Positions 1 to 11,894 of a DNA stretch of 64,000 bases are shown piece by piece. The DNA comes from Anthoceros angustus (Eukaryota; Plantae; Anthocerotophyta), in assembly GCA_010909165.1 (NCBI GenBank), contig MU008174.1, positions 248,001-312,000 of the forward strand, read 5' to 3'. The notes beneath the pieces are model-generated. The model worked only from the letters and a program-made list of their open reading frames with translations. It did not search any database and was not told the origin of the DNA. A program made the translations under genes and the position numbers. Within the stretch, counting starts at the first letter, position 1, and the number at the start of each line of letters is the position of its first letter.

Positions 1-291
1 AAGCCCAAGTCCAGGTTTCTAGGTGGGACGTAGATACGTATGTATGTACATGCATGTAAGCATGGAGGTGCGTGGCCACTTGGCTTGCTCTTGAGCCTGG
101 GTTTTTTGGTACAGTGACGAATGCCTTGCTTAGATAAGTCCATGGAAGATCCCTCATGGCTTGTAACGTATCAGGAGCTTGGTGAGAGGCTGCCACACAT
201 GCATTGCACAGTGTTAGTCTCAGGAATGCTATCTTTGGTAGAGGAGTAGAACCAGGCGCGGCGTGGTGCTCGCAGAACAGTCGTTGTGGCA

Positions 292-1414
292 TCATAACTT
301 TGGCACAAAGACCTTGCGGAATGTGAGGTTGATCCGCAATCCAGCTGATTTTGTACGTTTTGGCACAGAATGGTCCCAATCCCTCTGCATGTTGCCTTTC
401 ATAACAAGGAGGGAGCCATGCTTGAGGATGAAAGAATACTGTTCCTTCGGGGTAGCACAATGTACAGTGGTAGTGAGAGGTGAGCAGCTTGGGGCAGAAT
501 GCCCGGAGTGTAGCCGCCGCATCTTCGTTGCAGGCTGGTTCATGTTGTGGTCCCCCTCGTGTTTGCCAGGTGAGTGATGAACAGGCTCTTCTCGTGCTCC
601 CGCCACATCTGCACGTCCGCACTCCCCCTTGTCAGAAGGCTTGGTCATAGAACGTGGGACTCTGTTGGATTCCGCCTTCCTTCTGGGTCTTTGGACCTGC
701 ATACTCCTGCCATTCCTCTCCTTCTCCTTTTGCAACTTGTAACCCTTCTTCATTCTCACAAAAAACTCCCTTTCAGCACCCAAGCTGACAGACGCAATGA
801 CGGGGGATGGCCCATACAGTTTCTCGTTATCGCTGTGCCAGGCAGCGTAGTCTGACCCATTTGCATACCGGTTGATCAGAACACTGTTGAACTCCGTGTC
901 TGGCACAGCCTGTTGAACCTGACAACAAACACCCAGAACCCCTGAGCAGGACTGCTTCGTGGACAACAGCACACAACAAGATGTCGAGGCTCACCGAATG
1001 CAGAATGGTTTTCAGAACCGGGAATTCGTCCCAATGATACGCAACAGGCTGATGCCCGCTGTATTTCAAGTTCGGCAGATTTCTGTCAGCCACGTAACAT
1101 GATTCTCTTGGCTGCAAAAATAACCTCTTATCAGTACACTAAGAATCCGCACGCAAGCAACCCTGAGCTCCAGTAATCCTCACCCTGGCGCTCCACAACA
1201 AAACACAAAGGACACGATTGCACGCAAGAACCTGAATACAGGGCCGACCATAAATGAACAGGGTTGGCCGAGTCCATGGCATCTCTTTGTCCAAGACCTG
1301 AAGCCAAAGGTCAGCCTCCGCTCTGGTGAAAAATCGTGGATACCACTCAATCTCCGATTCATCTCCCAAATCCACATGCACCACACTCCTGACCGGCTCG
1401 CCCTGTGATTCCAT
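292..1414 (-). CDS. ALKBH2: AlkB-family 2OG-Fe(II) DNA repair dioxygenase (ALKBH2-like), 3 exons: 1414-1232, 1111-995, 918-292; about 308 aa
   Basis: Motifs MPWTRPTLFIYGRPCIQ|PRESCYVA, FNSVLINRYANGSDYAAWHSDNEKLYG (HxD), IASVSLGAEREF, LKHGSLLVMKGNMQRDWDHSVPKR and RINLTFR. Both introns are GT-AG (1231-1112, 994-919) and keep the frame. Confidence 0.93.
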
Positions 1415-2807
1415 ACATCCTGAACGTGAGTAGCCCGCACAGTCAGGACAACAAAACGTCTAGTGGCTTGCAAGGACTTAGAGAGTGACCTCTACAGAGG
1501 AATCAGATGTGCCAGCTGAGGTTCCTTCACAAACAGTGGCGCACCTAGCTGTCGCCCTGGCTGCTGCCATAGTACTGCCATCCTTGTCCAAAGGCACGAA
1601 CGGAAGCTTGGACTGGAATGCCATCAAATTGGCCTGCAGGTGTGCTGAACATGAACCTGCAATCCAGGAGACCGTGGAATCGCTTCATCCTCTTCACACG
1701 GCAGAAGAAACGACAGTTGCTTAAGAACAGGGTCATACCAGCTCGCTAGTAGCTGAAGGTGATCAGAGCTGCCTTGACTCCTCACTTGATCTGCCTGAAC
1801 CATGAATTTAGTGATCCATCGGTGGATCACCCAGGTTGCAACTTTGGATGAGCGATTTATTGTCAGAAACAAAGTTTAGGGTTTAGGCTGGCCAACTGGG
1901 ATTTCAGCGATATGCTAAACACAGGTTCTCTCTTCTAGTAGATCAAATGCCGACATGGGGACGTTGTTGCATAGGGTTTAGAGTTGGCCACTTGATACTG
2001 TTGATGCGTTTCCAGGTTTCAACTATGTCCTGAATGTCTCTTCAAGCAGATCAAATTCAGATACAGAGTTTGCTTGGCATGGTAAGGAAGAAAATGCAAT
2101 GCACATCAGTCTGCTCCACTTCAACTGCAAGTATTATGAATCTGCTCCCAGTTGTCACGTGCGTTCAAGGCCTTGCAAGGCCTACTACATGGGCTGTCTT
2201 CCTTGCAGGTGAGTATCATCAGGAGATGGGGGGCAACATGCACAACCTTTTCAGCAACAGCACTATCGTGTGGATCACTCAGAAGAAGGGGGCTGTCGGA
2301 TATGACATTGAGGAGTCTGTCCCGGGCCAGACTGTGGCTGACGTCCTTCGCCTGATGGCACAAGCCTAACACCATGCTGCACACCCTCAAGAACCCTGCT
2401 GGCCTTGAAATCATAAGCAGCTAGGATTGGAGCTTCAGTTCCTCCACCTACTTCTTCAACCAACCTGTAAGCACACACCTTGACACGAGCAGAGCAGAGC
2501 AGAACTGAACCGGGCCGAGCAGAGAGCAGTCCATCCGGTTCGTGTGAAGGCAAAGGCCGCGGCTGCCTTGCAAGTACCTTTCCCATGGTCGATGCCGCTG
2601 TTTGGTGCATCACTTGTTCATATGGATGGCCTTGGCCAGTACGGCTAACCTCAAGATTGCGATGTGGATATTGGCAAAAAAAACATCCGCTTCCACATCG
2701 CTACAAGAGACACACAAATGTCACTGAATTTGGTACAGTACCCTGCGATGACAAGGCCCGATGTCCTACGTATACCCATTTCTCCAGCGTTTTGGAAGTC
2801 AGCTGAG

Positions 2808-5800
2808 TTAGCCTTCCAGGTATACCTCCAGTTTTGGAATCTTCCTATTCTGCACCAAAAAACTGTGCACGAGTCCGTCCATGTCTGTCCACCAGCATTG
2901 GCCTGGTTGTTTCAGCGCCCCGCTTCCTGTCCTCCTGGCCTGGATCTCTTGTACTTGCTCCCACATCTGGGCAGCGGTGTAGATGTTCAACATTAACAAA
3001 TAGGCTGCAGCATCCTGTCTGTCCAGCTTCACTGCTTCATCGAAAGCATGGCGTCCCACCTGCACGTTGTTCCATTTCCGACACGCACCTAATAGAGTGT
3101 GCCAAACTGCAGGATCAGGGAATGTAGGCATTGTCCTTACCAAAGATAGTGCCTCATCCAGTTCGCCAGCCCGACCCAAGAGATCCACCATACAAGTGTA
3201 GTGCTCTGCCGTGGGAATGATGCCATAGTGGCTGCTCATAGCAGAGAAGTGGTCTAGTCCCTTGTTCACTAGACCTGCATGACTGCACACAGTTAATACA
3301 CTCAGGAAAGTGATCCCAGTTGGCGGTATGCCATCCTTCTTCATTCTGTGAAGTAAGTCGAAGACCACACTACTGTCTCCTTGATGAGTGTAGCCTGCTA
3401 TCAGTGCATTCCACGATATGTCGACTCGTGTGGGCTGTGCATCAAACACCTGCTGTGCATCAACCATGCTCCCAGACTTTGCATACATGTTTATCAAACT
3501 GTGGCCTAGAGCAACATCAGCCTGAAGCCCATGTTCTTCTATCTGTGAATGTAGCTGCCGTCCCAGATACAAGGCTGCCAAACTTGCACATGCCAGCAGG
3601 AGGCACACAAAAGTCACAGAATCGGGTGCAACGACGCCCTCTTCTTGCATAGCTCTATAAAGACCAAGGGATTCCTGCTCCAAGCCCTGCTGGGCATATC
3701 CTGCGATCATGGCATTCCATGTCACCACATTCTTTCGAGAGGACCTGTCGAAAACATCCCGAGCATCCTCAATGCTGCCGCACTTTCCATACATGTTGAT
3801 CAAACTGCTGGCGACAAACACATCAGCTTGAATCCCTTGTTCTCTAATTTGCGCATGAAGCTGCCTCCCCTTCTCCAGAGCCGGGTGGCCTACACATGCA
3901 CAGGCCTGTAGGAGGCACACAAATGTCACAGAATCGAGTTTAACGATGCCTTCTTCTAGCATAGAGCTGTAGAGACCAAGGGCTTCCTGCCCCATGCCCT
4001 GCTGGGAATATCCTGCTATCATTGTACTCCATGTCACCAAATCCTTCTGAGGAAGCCTGTTGAAGACATTTTGAGCTTCTTCCAAGCTACCACATTTTGC
4101 ATACATGTCCACCAAGCAGCTACAAACAAACAAATCAGGCTCAACGCCAGTAGTCAACAAATCAGCATGTACCTGCTGCCCAGATTCCAAGTCTGCTTCA
4201 CTTGCACAAGCCTGAAGGGCTGCCACAAACACATGCCCATTTGGCTGCACACTTGACCTGCACATCTGATGGTACAGTTCTATGGCCTGCTTATCTTGTC
4301 CATGCTTAACATGTGCAGAAATTATGGCAGACCACGTGAAGGCATCTGGATTGGCAACCATGGTGAACACATCCATAATTTCTTGCAGCCTAGCATGAGA
4401 GGCATACATCCGCAGGATACGGTTGCACAAGAACGTGTCCAGCTCGTTCCCCTTTATATTCCGTTTCACCACATCTTTGTCAGATAGCTCCTTAAGCAAG
4501 GCCTGAGCGTCCTCTACGCTGCCACACTTTGAATACATGTCTACCAAGCTGTGGGCTACAGATACATCAGCCTCAAACCCTTGTTCTCTAATTTGTGCAT
4601 GAAGCTGCTTCCCCTTCTCCAAAGCTGCGGGGCCCACACTTGCACATGCCTGCAGGAGGGACACAAAAGTAACAGCATCAGGTGCAGCCATGCCTTTTTC
4701 TGGCATATCCCTGTAAAGACCAAGGGCTTCCTGCCCCATGCCCTGCTGTAAATACCCTGCTATCATGGCACTCCACGTCACCACAGTTTTTCACCAAGGC
4801 CATCAAACACAACCCGAGCATCCTCTAGGCTGCCACACTTTGCGTACATGTTCAACAAACTGCTGGCTACAAATACATTGGCTTGAAGTCCTTGTTCTTG
4901 AATTCTTGCATGGATCTGCTTTCCTTTCTCCAGAGCCGGTATGCCTAAACATGCACATGCCTGCAGGACGCACACAAGAGTCACAGAATCTGGTGCAACG
5001 CTGCCTTCTTTTTCCATAGCACTGAAGAACCCAAGGGCCTCCTGTCCCATGCCTTGCTGGGCATACCCTGCTAGCATGGCATTCCACGTCACAACATCTT
5101 TCACCAAGTCCATCAAACACTCTTTGAGCGTCTTCCAAGATCCCACACTTTGCATACATGTTAATCAAACTGTTGGCTACAAGAACCTCGCCGTCATATC
5201 CATGGTCTTCAATTTGTGCATGCAGCTGCTTCCCCTGCTCCAAAGCTGGAGCGCCTACTGTTGCACATGCCTGCAGGAGGCACGAAAACGTAACAGAATC
5301 GGGTGCAGCCGTGCCTTCCTCTTGCATAACATTGTAAAGACTAAGCACTTCCTCCCCCATGCCCTGCTGGGAATACCCTGCTATCATGGCATTCCACAAC
5401 ACCAGATCCTTTTTACCGACTCCGTCAAACACTCTCCGGCGTCTTCCAAGCTGCCACACTTGCATACATGTCAACCAAAGAGCTACAGACAAACAAATTA
5501 CCCTCAAGTCCACTGGCCAAAACATCAGCATGCACCCGCTGGCCATTTTCCAAATCTGCTCCCCTTGCACAAGCCTTAAGGGCTGCCACAAACACATACC
5601 CATCTGGCTTCACACTCGACCTGCGCATCCCATCATACAGCTCCATGGCCTGCGTGTCCTGCCCGTATTTAACATGCGCAGAGATCATGGAAGACCACAT
5701 GAAGACATCTGGTTCTGCGACCCCGATAAACACATCCATAGCTTCTTCTAACCTGCCATGAGCAGCATGCATCCGCAGGATGTGATTGCACAAGAACGTA

Positions 5801-6312
5801 TCCGACCCATACCCCGTCCACACCGTCAAAGCATGCACAAGGCGACCCAACACGAGATCCCTCTTCCCAACACATTTCTTCAAGACACTGTACAACAGAG
5901 CTGTAGAAACCCAACACTCCGTTTGCACCAACACTCCCAAAGCCTCAACAGCCTCTGCCAGACGCTCCTGATTACACAGCTTGCTAACATCATCATCTTT
6001 CACCCCCCGAAAGTATACTGCAGCCCTTGCAAGGGCCATCATCGTCCGGCACGCTCCACTTGCATGCACTATTAATTTTTCTGTACTCCCAAAAAGGTCT
6101 CTTTCTCAGCTCCAAAAAAACCGTAGCCACAAGACAACCTTTGCCCTCTGTGGCCATGGAGTACAGAGAGATAGAAATCCATGATTCCTGGCTGGACATG
6201 TGCAGCCACTCCTGAAGTTCCTAGGTCTCACCAGTGCGCCAACTGAGCAAGTTGCCTTCCCAAATCCATCAGCGGTAGCACATAATACATGCTCCCCCAG
6301 TCCCAACACCAA
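2808..6312 (-). pseudogene. Frameshifted, chimeric PLS-class E+ PPR gene (two tandem paralogues fused near 4470); true pseudogene or assembly indel errors
   Basis: P-L-S triplets continue across ORFs 5425-6069, 4803-5603, 4778-5155 and 2808-4784. Frame changes fall at homopolymers near 6007, 5460, 5437, 5100 and 4788. The end has E1/E2 and a PG-box-like QPGQCWW followed by a degraded E+ region. The N-terminal leader at 5993-6312 resembles those of the 6852 and 36631 paralogues. Confidence 0.85.
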
Positions 6313-6851
6313 GCTTTAGTCTCACCCGCTGTGTACAAGCTCATGAGAGTTCTCGTGCTGAAGTGTTAGTGTTAGACACATGAACCATGTACATGCATAC
6401 CACGTTTCATCACACTTTCATGGTCCAGTAATCCATCGAATACTCAACGACTGGTGAAAGCATGGCTCTGGTGATGCACACTCAGAGCTCTGGCTCAGGG
6501 GGGAATCCTATGGGCGATGATGGGCGGTGATTTTAGATCCTCTTACACGAGGTCCTAGTCCTGGGGTTGACGGTGCAAGCGATTGGACAAGTTGAGTAGT
6601 AGCTGTTATGTGAATCGAGTCGGCTCTGTCAAAGCGACAACGTGAGGAGGAGCGATTTGCATACTCATGTAGAGACTGAAGGGATCCTGACCCCGGTCTT
6701 TCTGGGAATCTGGCGTTATCAGAAAGGTTCGTGTAAGCAAAACTTCAAAGGAAGCACGTCGGACAGTCTACGAGCTTTCTTCAGGAAGGCCTTCTTCGGA
6801 CTTGCATCCGTGTAGTACGTCGTCGGGTGTCTTGTTAGGAATCGGCAATCG

Positions 6852-9467
6852 TCAGCTCACACAAAGGACCTTGCTTTCATTATTGGATACGGTGTGCCTA
6901 GACATGTGGGGCACATACTCTACTTTCTTCAATTGAAGAAACAGCTGTTTCAGCCTTGCATATATAGCGTCAATCTCGGGATGCTGTTTATCCCCCACCA
7001 GAAAACTATGGACCAAGCCGTCCATGTCCGTCCACCAGCTCTGGCCTGGCGGCTTCCATGCCTCAATTCCTGCTCTCCTAGCCTGTATCTCCTGCGCCTC
7101 TTCCCACATCTGGCCGCCAATGTAAATGTTGCACATCAACACATAAGCTGCGGCATCGTTTTTGTCTAGCCTCACTGCTTCATTAAAAGCATCAAGTCCC
7201 ACCAGCACGTTGCCCCACTTTCGACTAGCACCCAGCAAGGTGTGCCAGACTACAGCAGTGGGCAGCACGGGCATTGTCCTTACGAAAGCTAGTGCCTCCT
7301 CCAGTTGGCCTGCACGACCCAGGAGATCTACCATGCACGTGTAGTGCTCCACCGTGGGAGAGATGCCGTAGTGTCTGCTCATAACCGAGAAGTACTCTCG
7401 CCCCCTGTTCACTAGACCCGCATGACTGCAGACTGTTAATACACTGAGGAATGTGATGCCGTCCGGCTGTATGCCATCACCTCTCATTCTGCGCAACAAG
7501 TCAAAGACCACATCACAGTCTCCCTGACGGGTGTAGCCCGCCATCAGTGCATTCCAGGCGACATCGTCTCTTTTAGGCAATGCCTCAAACACGTGCTGTG
7601 CTTCAACCGTGCTTCCAGACTTTGCATACATGTTTATCAAACTGAGTGCTACAAGGTCATCAGATTGAAGTCCTTGCTCTTCAATCTGTGCATGAAGATG
7701 CCTTCCCAAATTCAAAGCTGCCACATTTGCACATGCCTGCAGGAGGCACACAAATGTCACAGAATCCGGTGCAACGAGGCCTTCTTCCTGCATAGCCCTG
7801 TAAAGGCGAATCGCTTCCTGCCCCATTCCCTGCTGGACAAATCCTCCAATCATGGCATTCCAGGTCACAACATTTTTCTGCCCAAGCCTGTCAAACAATG
7901 CCTGAGCATCTTCCAAGCTGCCACACTTTGCATATCCTGATATCAGGGCGGTCCACGTAACCACGTTTTTCTGACTCAGTCTTGCAAACACATCCCTGGC
8001 ATCCCCTAGGCTTCCACACTTTGCGTACATGTCTACCAGGCTGCAACCCACAACATCATCAACCTTATATCCTAATTCTCGAATCTGTGCATGTATCCGT
8101 TTCCCCTTCTCTAAAGCTGGGACACCCACACTTGCACAAGCCTGCAGGAGAGAGACAAATGTCACAGAATCGGGTACAGCAATGCCACCTTCTTCCATGG
8201 CACTGTAAAGTTCGAGTGCTTTCTGACCCCTGCCCTGCTGGGAATATCCTGCAATGAGGGCTGTCCATGTCACCACATCCTTCTGACCAAGTCCATCAAA
8301 CACTCTTTGAGCGTCTTCCAAGCTGCCACACTTGGCATACATGTTTACCAAGCCGCAACCCACAACCACATCAGCTTGCAGTCCATACTCTCTAATCTGT
8401 GCATGAACCTGCTTCCCCTTCTCCAAAGCCCCAGTGCCCACACTTGCACATGCCTGCAGGAGGCACACAAATGTCACTGAATTGGGTGCTGCAAGCCCTT
8501 CCTCTTGCATAGCAGTATAGACATCAATGGCCTCCTGACCCAGGCCCTGCTGGGAATACCCAGCTATCAGAGCTGTCCACGTCACCACATCTTTCTGGCC
8601 AAGTCCGTCAAACACCCTTTGCGCACCCGCCATGCTACCACACTTCGCATACATGTCTAACAGGCAGTTGCAAACAAACAAATCAGGCCAAAACCCACTG
8701 GCCAAGACATCAGAATGCACCTGCTGCCCATTTTCCAAGTCTGCTCCCCATGCACAAGCCTGAAGGGCTGCCGCAAACACATGCCCATCTGCCTTCACAC
8801 TTGACCTGCGCATCCCATGATACAGCGCTATGGCCTGCTTGTCCTGCCCCTGTTTAACATGAGCAGAAATTATGGAAGACCACATGAAGGCATCCGGTTC
8901 TGCAACCCCGATGAAGACATCCATCGCTTCTTCTAACCTGCCATGAGAAGCATACATCCTCAGGATGTGGTTGCACAGGAACGTATCGGACCCATACCCC
9001 TTTCTCACCGTGAAAGCATGCACACGGCGACCCACAACAAGATCCTTCTTCACTACACATTTCTTCAAAACACTGTAAAAAAGAGCTGCAGAAATCCAAC
9101 ACTCCGTCTGCACCAGGACTCCCAAAGCATCAACAGCCTCTACCAGATGCCCCTGTTGACACAGCTTGCTGACGGTGCCAGCCGTCACGGCCCAGTCGCA
9201 TCCTCCAGGCCTGCCAGGAACACCATCACCCCGCAGACTCCAATTAAATGTACCCATCCGAGCAGGCAGCTGCGCTCCACACACCCAAGTCAGGCCAGCA
9301 GACCTCTTCCTACAGCGGCGGCCATCCCATTCATGTTGACATATTGCGTCACTCCCCAACCCAAGCCCCAGCTTCCGTGCACCAACTGGGTTACTGTTGA
9401 ACGCCAGCATCCCGTAACCGAGTGAATTCTGACAAGCATCCTCCAAAACACTATCCGAGAACATCAT
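6852..9467 (-). CDS. PLS-class PPR protein, E+ subgroup (organellar RNA-editing specificity factor), intronless, about 871 aa
   Basis: Single ORF with an N-terminal targeting-like leader, P-L-S triplets, one SS-type repeat, P2-L2-S2 (EHYTCMVDLLGRAG), E1/E2, KPPGQSWW and E+ (HPEIDAIYARL...YVPH). There is no HxE/CxxC deaminase. First ATG is at 9467. Confidence 0.95.
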   Translation of the reverse strand: MMFSDSVLEDACQNSLGYGMLAFNSNPVGARKLGLGLGSDAICQHEWDGRRCRKRSAGLTWVCGAQLPARMGTFNWSLRGDGVPGRPGGCDWAVTAGTVSKLCQQGHLVEAVDALGVLVQTECWISAALFYSVLKKCVVKKDLVVGRRVHAFTVRKGYGSDTFLCNHILRMYASHGRLEEAMDVFIGVAEPDAFMWSSIISAHVKQGQDKQAIALYHGMRRSSVKADGHVFAAALQACAWGADLENGQQVHSDVLASGFWPDLFVCNCLLDMYAKCGSMAGAQRVFDGLGQKDVVTWTALIAGYSQQGLGQEAIDVYTAMQEEGLAAPNSVTFVCLLQACASVGTGALEKGKQVHAQIREYGLQADVVVGCGLVNMYAKCGSLEDAQRVFDGLGQKDVVTWTALIAGYSQQGRGQKALELYSAMEEGGIAVPDSVTFVSLLQACASVGVPALEKGKRIHAQIRELGYKVDDVVGCSLVDMYAKCGSLGDARDVFARLSQKNVVTWTALISGYAKCGSLEDAQALFDRLGQKNVVTWNAMIGGFVQQGMGQEAIRLYRAMQEEGLVAPDSVTFVCLLQACANVAALNLGRHLHAQIEEQGLQSDDLVALSLINMYAKSGSTVEAQHVFEALPKRDDVAWNALMAGYTRQGDCDVVFDLLRRMRGDGIQPDGITFLSVLTVCSHAGLVNRGREYFSVMSRHYGISPTVEHYTCMVDLLGRAGQLEEALAFVRTMPVLPTAVVWHTLLGASRKWGNVLVGLDAFNEAVRLDKNDAAAYVLMCNIYIGGQMWEEAQEIQARRAGIEAWKPPGQSWWTDMDGLVHSFLVGDKQHPEIDAIYARLKQLFLQLKKVEYVPHMSRHTVSNNESKVLCVS

Positions 9468-11050
9468 CAAGGGTTTGCATTACAAGAAGGCATAATCGGC
9501 CTTCCATCAGTTCGGCACAACAACGTCACAATTCCAAGGCTCTCTCCTCCATCCCAGCAGTGCTCAGTCCAGGGATCCTTAGCTACAGAGTTCCCAACAC
9601 TAACGGAGCTGACCCGAGACTAACTATTAGCCATACATAGCAGGCACTCCAAGGACCAAGGAAGGGAACGCATTTCCACATAAACCCGAAGACTTATTCA
9701 CCTCAGATATCGGGGGGAAGAAAAGCTCGAACTGTTTGCAAGTTCCAGCAACTACTCACGTCAGGACCTGGACAGGCAGCGAGGATTCCTTCCGATTTCG
9801 ACTCAACCATGGTTTTATGTTTTATAGTGCAAGCAACAGCTTGATTACATTCACAACTTCGTCAAACGATGCCAGAACCCCTTACTACTCACAAGAACTC
9901 AACGGCTCTAAGAGGAAAAACTGTAAAGGCCGATGAGAACAAGGCTTCTCACAAAATTCTGTGCACAGAGAATATCATGACATGGTGGTTATACAGAACG
10001 GGAGAATGGATCCTGGGAACGGGTGCGCAGAATGGAAAATATGCTGCGTGTTACTTTGCCCAAAGTACCGAATCCGAGGTCATGGAAGAAGGAAGGCAAT
10101 ATCCATGATGCACGTCATTTTTGTGTAGCTGCACTTGATTCGAGCTTAGGAATTTCACAAGGAATGGGATCTGCGGGGTCACTGGCAACAGGAGGAATGC
10201 TGATTGTAAAGCCGTAGCAGGAAATTAACTCAGAGCAGGAGTCACTGGCAGATTGGTTGCAGTATTCCGCAGTAGGTACTGCTGTTCCCATTTGCAGGTT
10301 CTGCGAGAACTCCCGAGGACGAAGTACTACGGTCAGAAAGCGATACAATCACTCGGAGCCAAGGACAAGGCAGCAGGCTGATGCACCAAGAAGGCACTTA
10401 AGCGAATGGCATCTTGACATACCATGGTCTCAGGAAAGAGGGCAAACACATAGGTCACAGGAAGCTGATCATGTTCCAACAAGCACGAAGGGGACAGGGC
10501 TGCTTTTCCAAGCAACACATCAGACAGGGCAGGCGGATCCACCTGCCAGGGAGGGGACAACGAGGGTTTTGGTGCCAGCAATTTCGCCGGTATGCAAGCG
10601 GAGGGTCATATATGGCGCCGTATAGGGTCTGGATGCGGGTTCCTTGCAGCACCGGCTCAGCTGTAGGTTTCCAGCGGGTAGCTTCCAGGTTGCTGCTTGG
10701 CAGGGACGAAGGTCGTATGTAACCAGAAGCAAGGGCAGGAAGTCGCGGATCCGGGCAACTGTAGCTGCATTTGGGTCTCTCCATCACAAGGAGTTAGAGT
10801 ATGGAAAGCACATACATTTGCCGGAATCGAGCTTGCGGCTCCACTTCAACTCCTCTTCAATCGGTCTTATTTCGGCTTTTTCCTCGAGTTAAACCTTTTG
10901 TCAGTCAGCTAGCTATTTAGCTAGTTTAGCTTAAATATTTAATTAATTGTTTGTTAATATTTATTTTTATTACTCAAAATAGAGACTTTATAAGTATGCA
11001 AGTCCCATCTATCCCAAGGGGATGGGGAACAACCCACTGGAGGGCCCACG

Positions 11051-11236
11051 CCAATGGGACTAGCCCCCGCTAATGTCTACCTTGAAGTTACCTATCGCTC
11101 CCAAGATATATCATAATCTAAAATAAGAAAGGGCCTACTTATTAATTCCAGTGGGACTAGCCCCCACTAATGTCTACCTTGAAGCTACCTACCACCCCCA
11201 AGATGTCATAATTTAAAATAAAAAAGGGCCTACTTA
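11051..11236. repeat. Two-copy ~97-bp tandem direct repeat
   Basis: Units begin CCA(A/G)TGGGACTAGCCCCC at 11051 and 11148 and share TAATGTCTACCTTGAAG...AAAGGGCCTACTTA. Confidence 0.9.
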
Positions 11237-11400
11237 CTACAGGAGCTGAAGATGCAGCCCCTCCCTCATTCGAAGTCCTCTTGAAAATTGTGTCTGCCAA
11301 AGCGCTCTGGGGGGCGATGGTGGCTAAGGGCTTTTTTATCTTCTTAGGCTATGGCGGTCATGCCTCCTTTTTCCTCGTTCCCCATAGATGGTTTGCATAG

Positions 11401-11894
11401 GTGACTGCTGAAGAGTACAAGTGGTGGGAAGCCTTTTGGGTGGACCAAAAGGAGATTGCTGTCATTGTGGAGAATAACATCCGGCTAGTGCTAGAGCGTC
11501 CTTCGAAGTGGTTTTCACGTGCAGAAGTGGATCATATAGCTCGACCACTTCAAGTGCCGGATGAAGCTTTGCTGGATGAGGCATTATTGAGGGACCTCCC
11601 ACAGCATGATATGTACTTGGGGGCATATCAAAATGCCGGAAGGCAACAGCGGAAATGGCGTGGATGAATGGGCATAATGGAAATCAGGAAGGGATGTTTT
11701 TGGCAGTGCCGTGCACTACGAACACGCATAACAGGCCATTCTGGATTGGGGAGGTCATTGACGCGAAGCTAGATGCACCGCGACCTCACTTTCTTATCCA
11801 TTGGTATCGGACCGAGCACATAGATGTGTACAAAGGGAAGGGAGGCATACTTCAATGGAATTACTCTGGCAACCCTCCGGACCAACTTTACTGA
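11401..11894 (+). pseudogene. Degenerate, probably transposon-derived coding remnant with a GMFLAV...PFWIGEV...FLIHWY beta-barrel-like motif
   Basis: Two overlapping protein-like ORFs (11401-11667, 11655-11894) follow an acceptor-like TTGCATAG and lie inside the TE nest. The family is not identifiable by eye. Confidence 0.35.

Noticed and set aside
1485-2640. Possible small gene between ALKBH2 and the PPR cluster (ORFs 1485-1724, 2034-2369, 2275-2613; splice-like sites)
   Set aside because: No consistent exon chain or recognisable domain on either strand; may be UTR or promoter.
10115-10912. Cluster of overlapping 60-120 aa ORFs
   Set aside because: No frame gives a recognisable protein; probably decayed TE or 5' flank.
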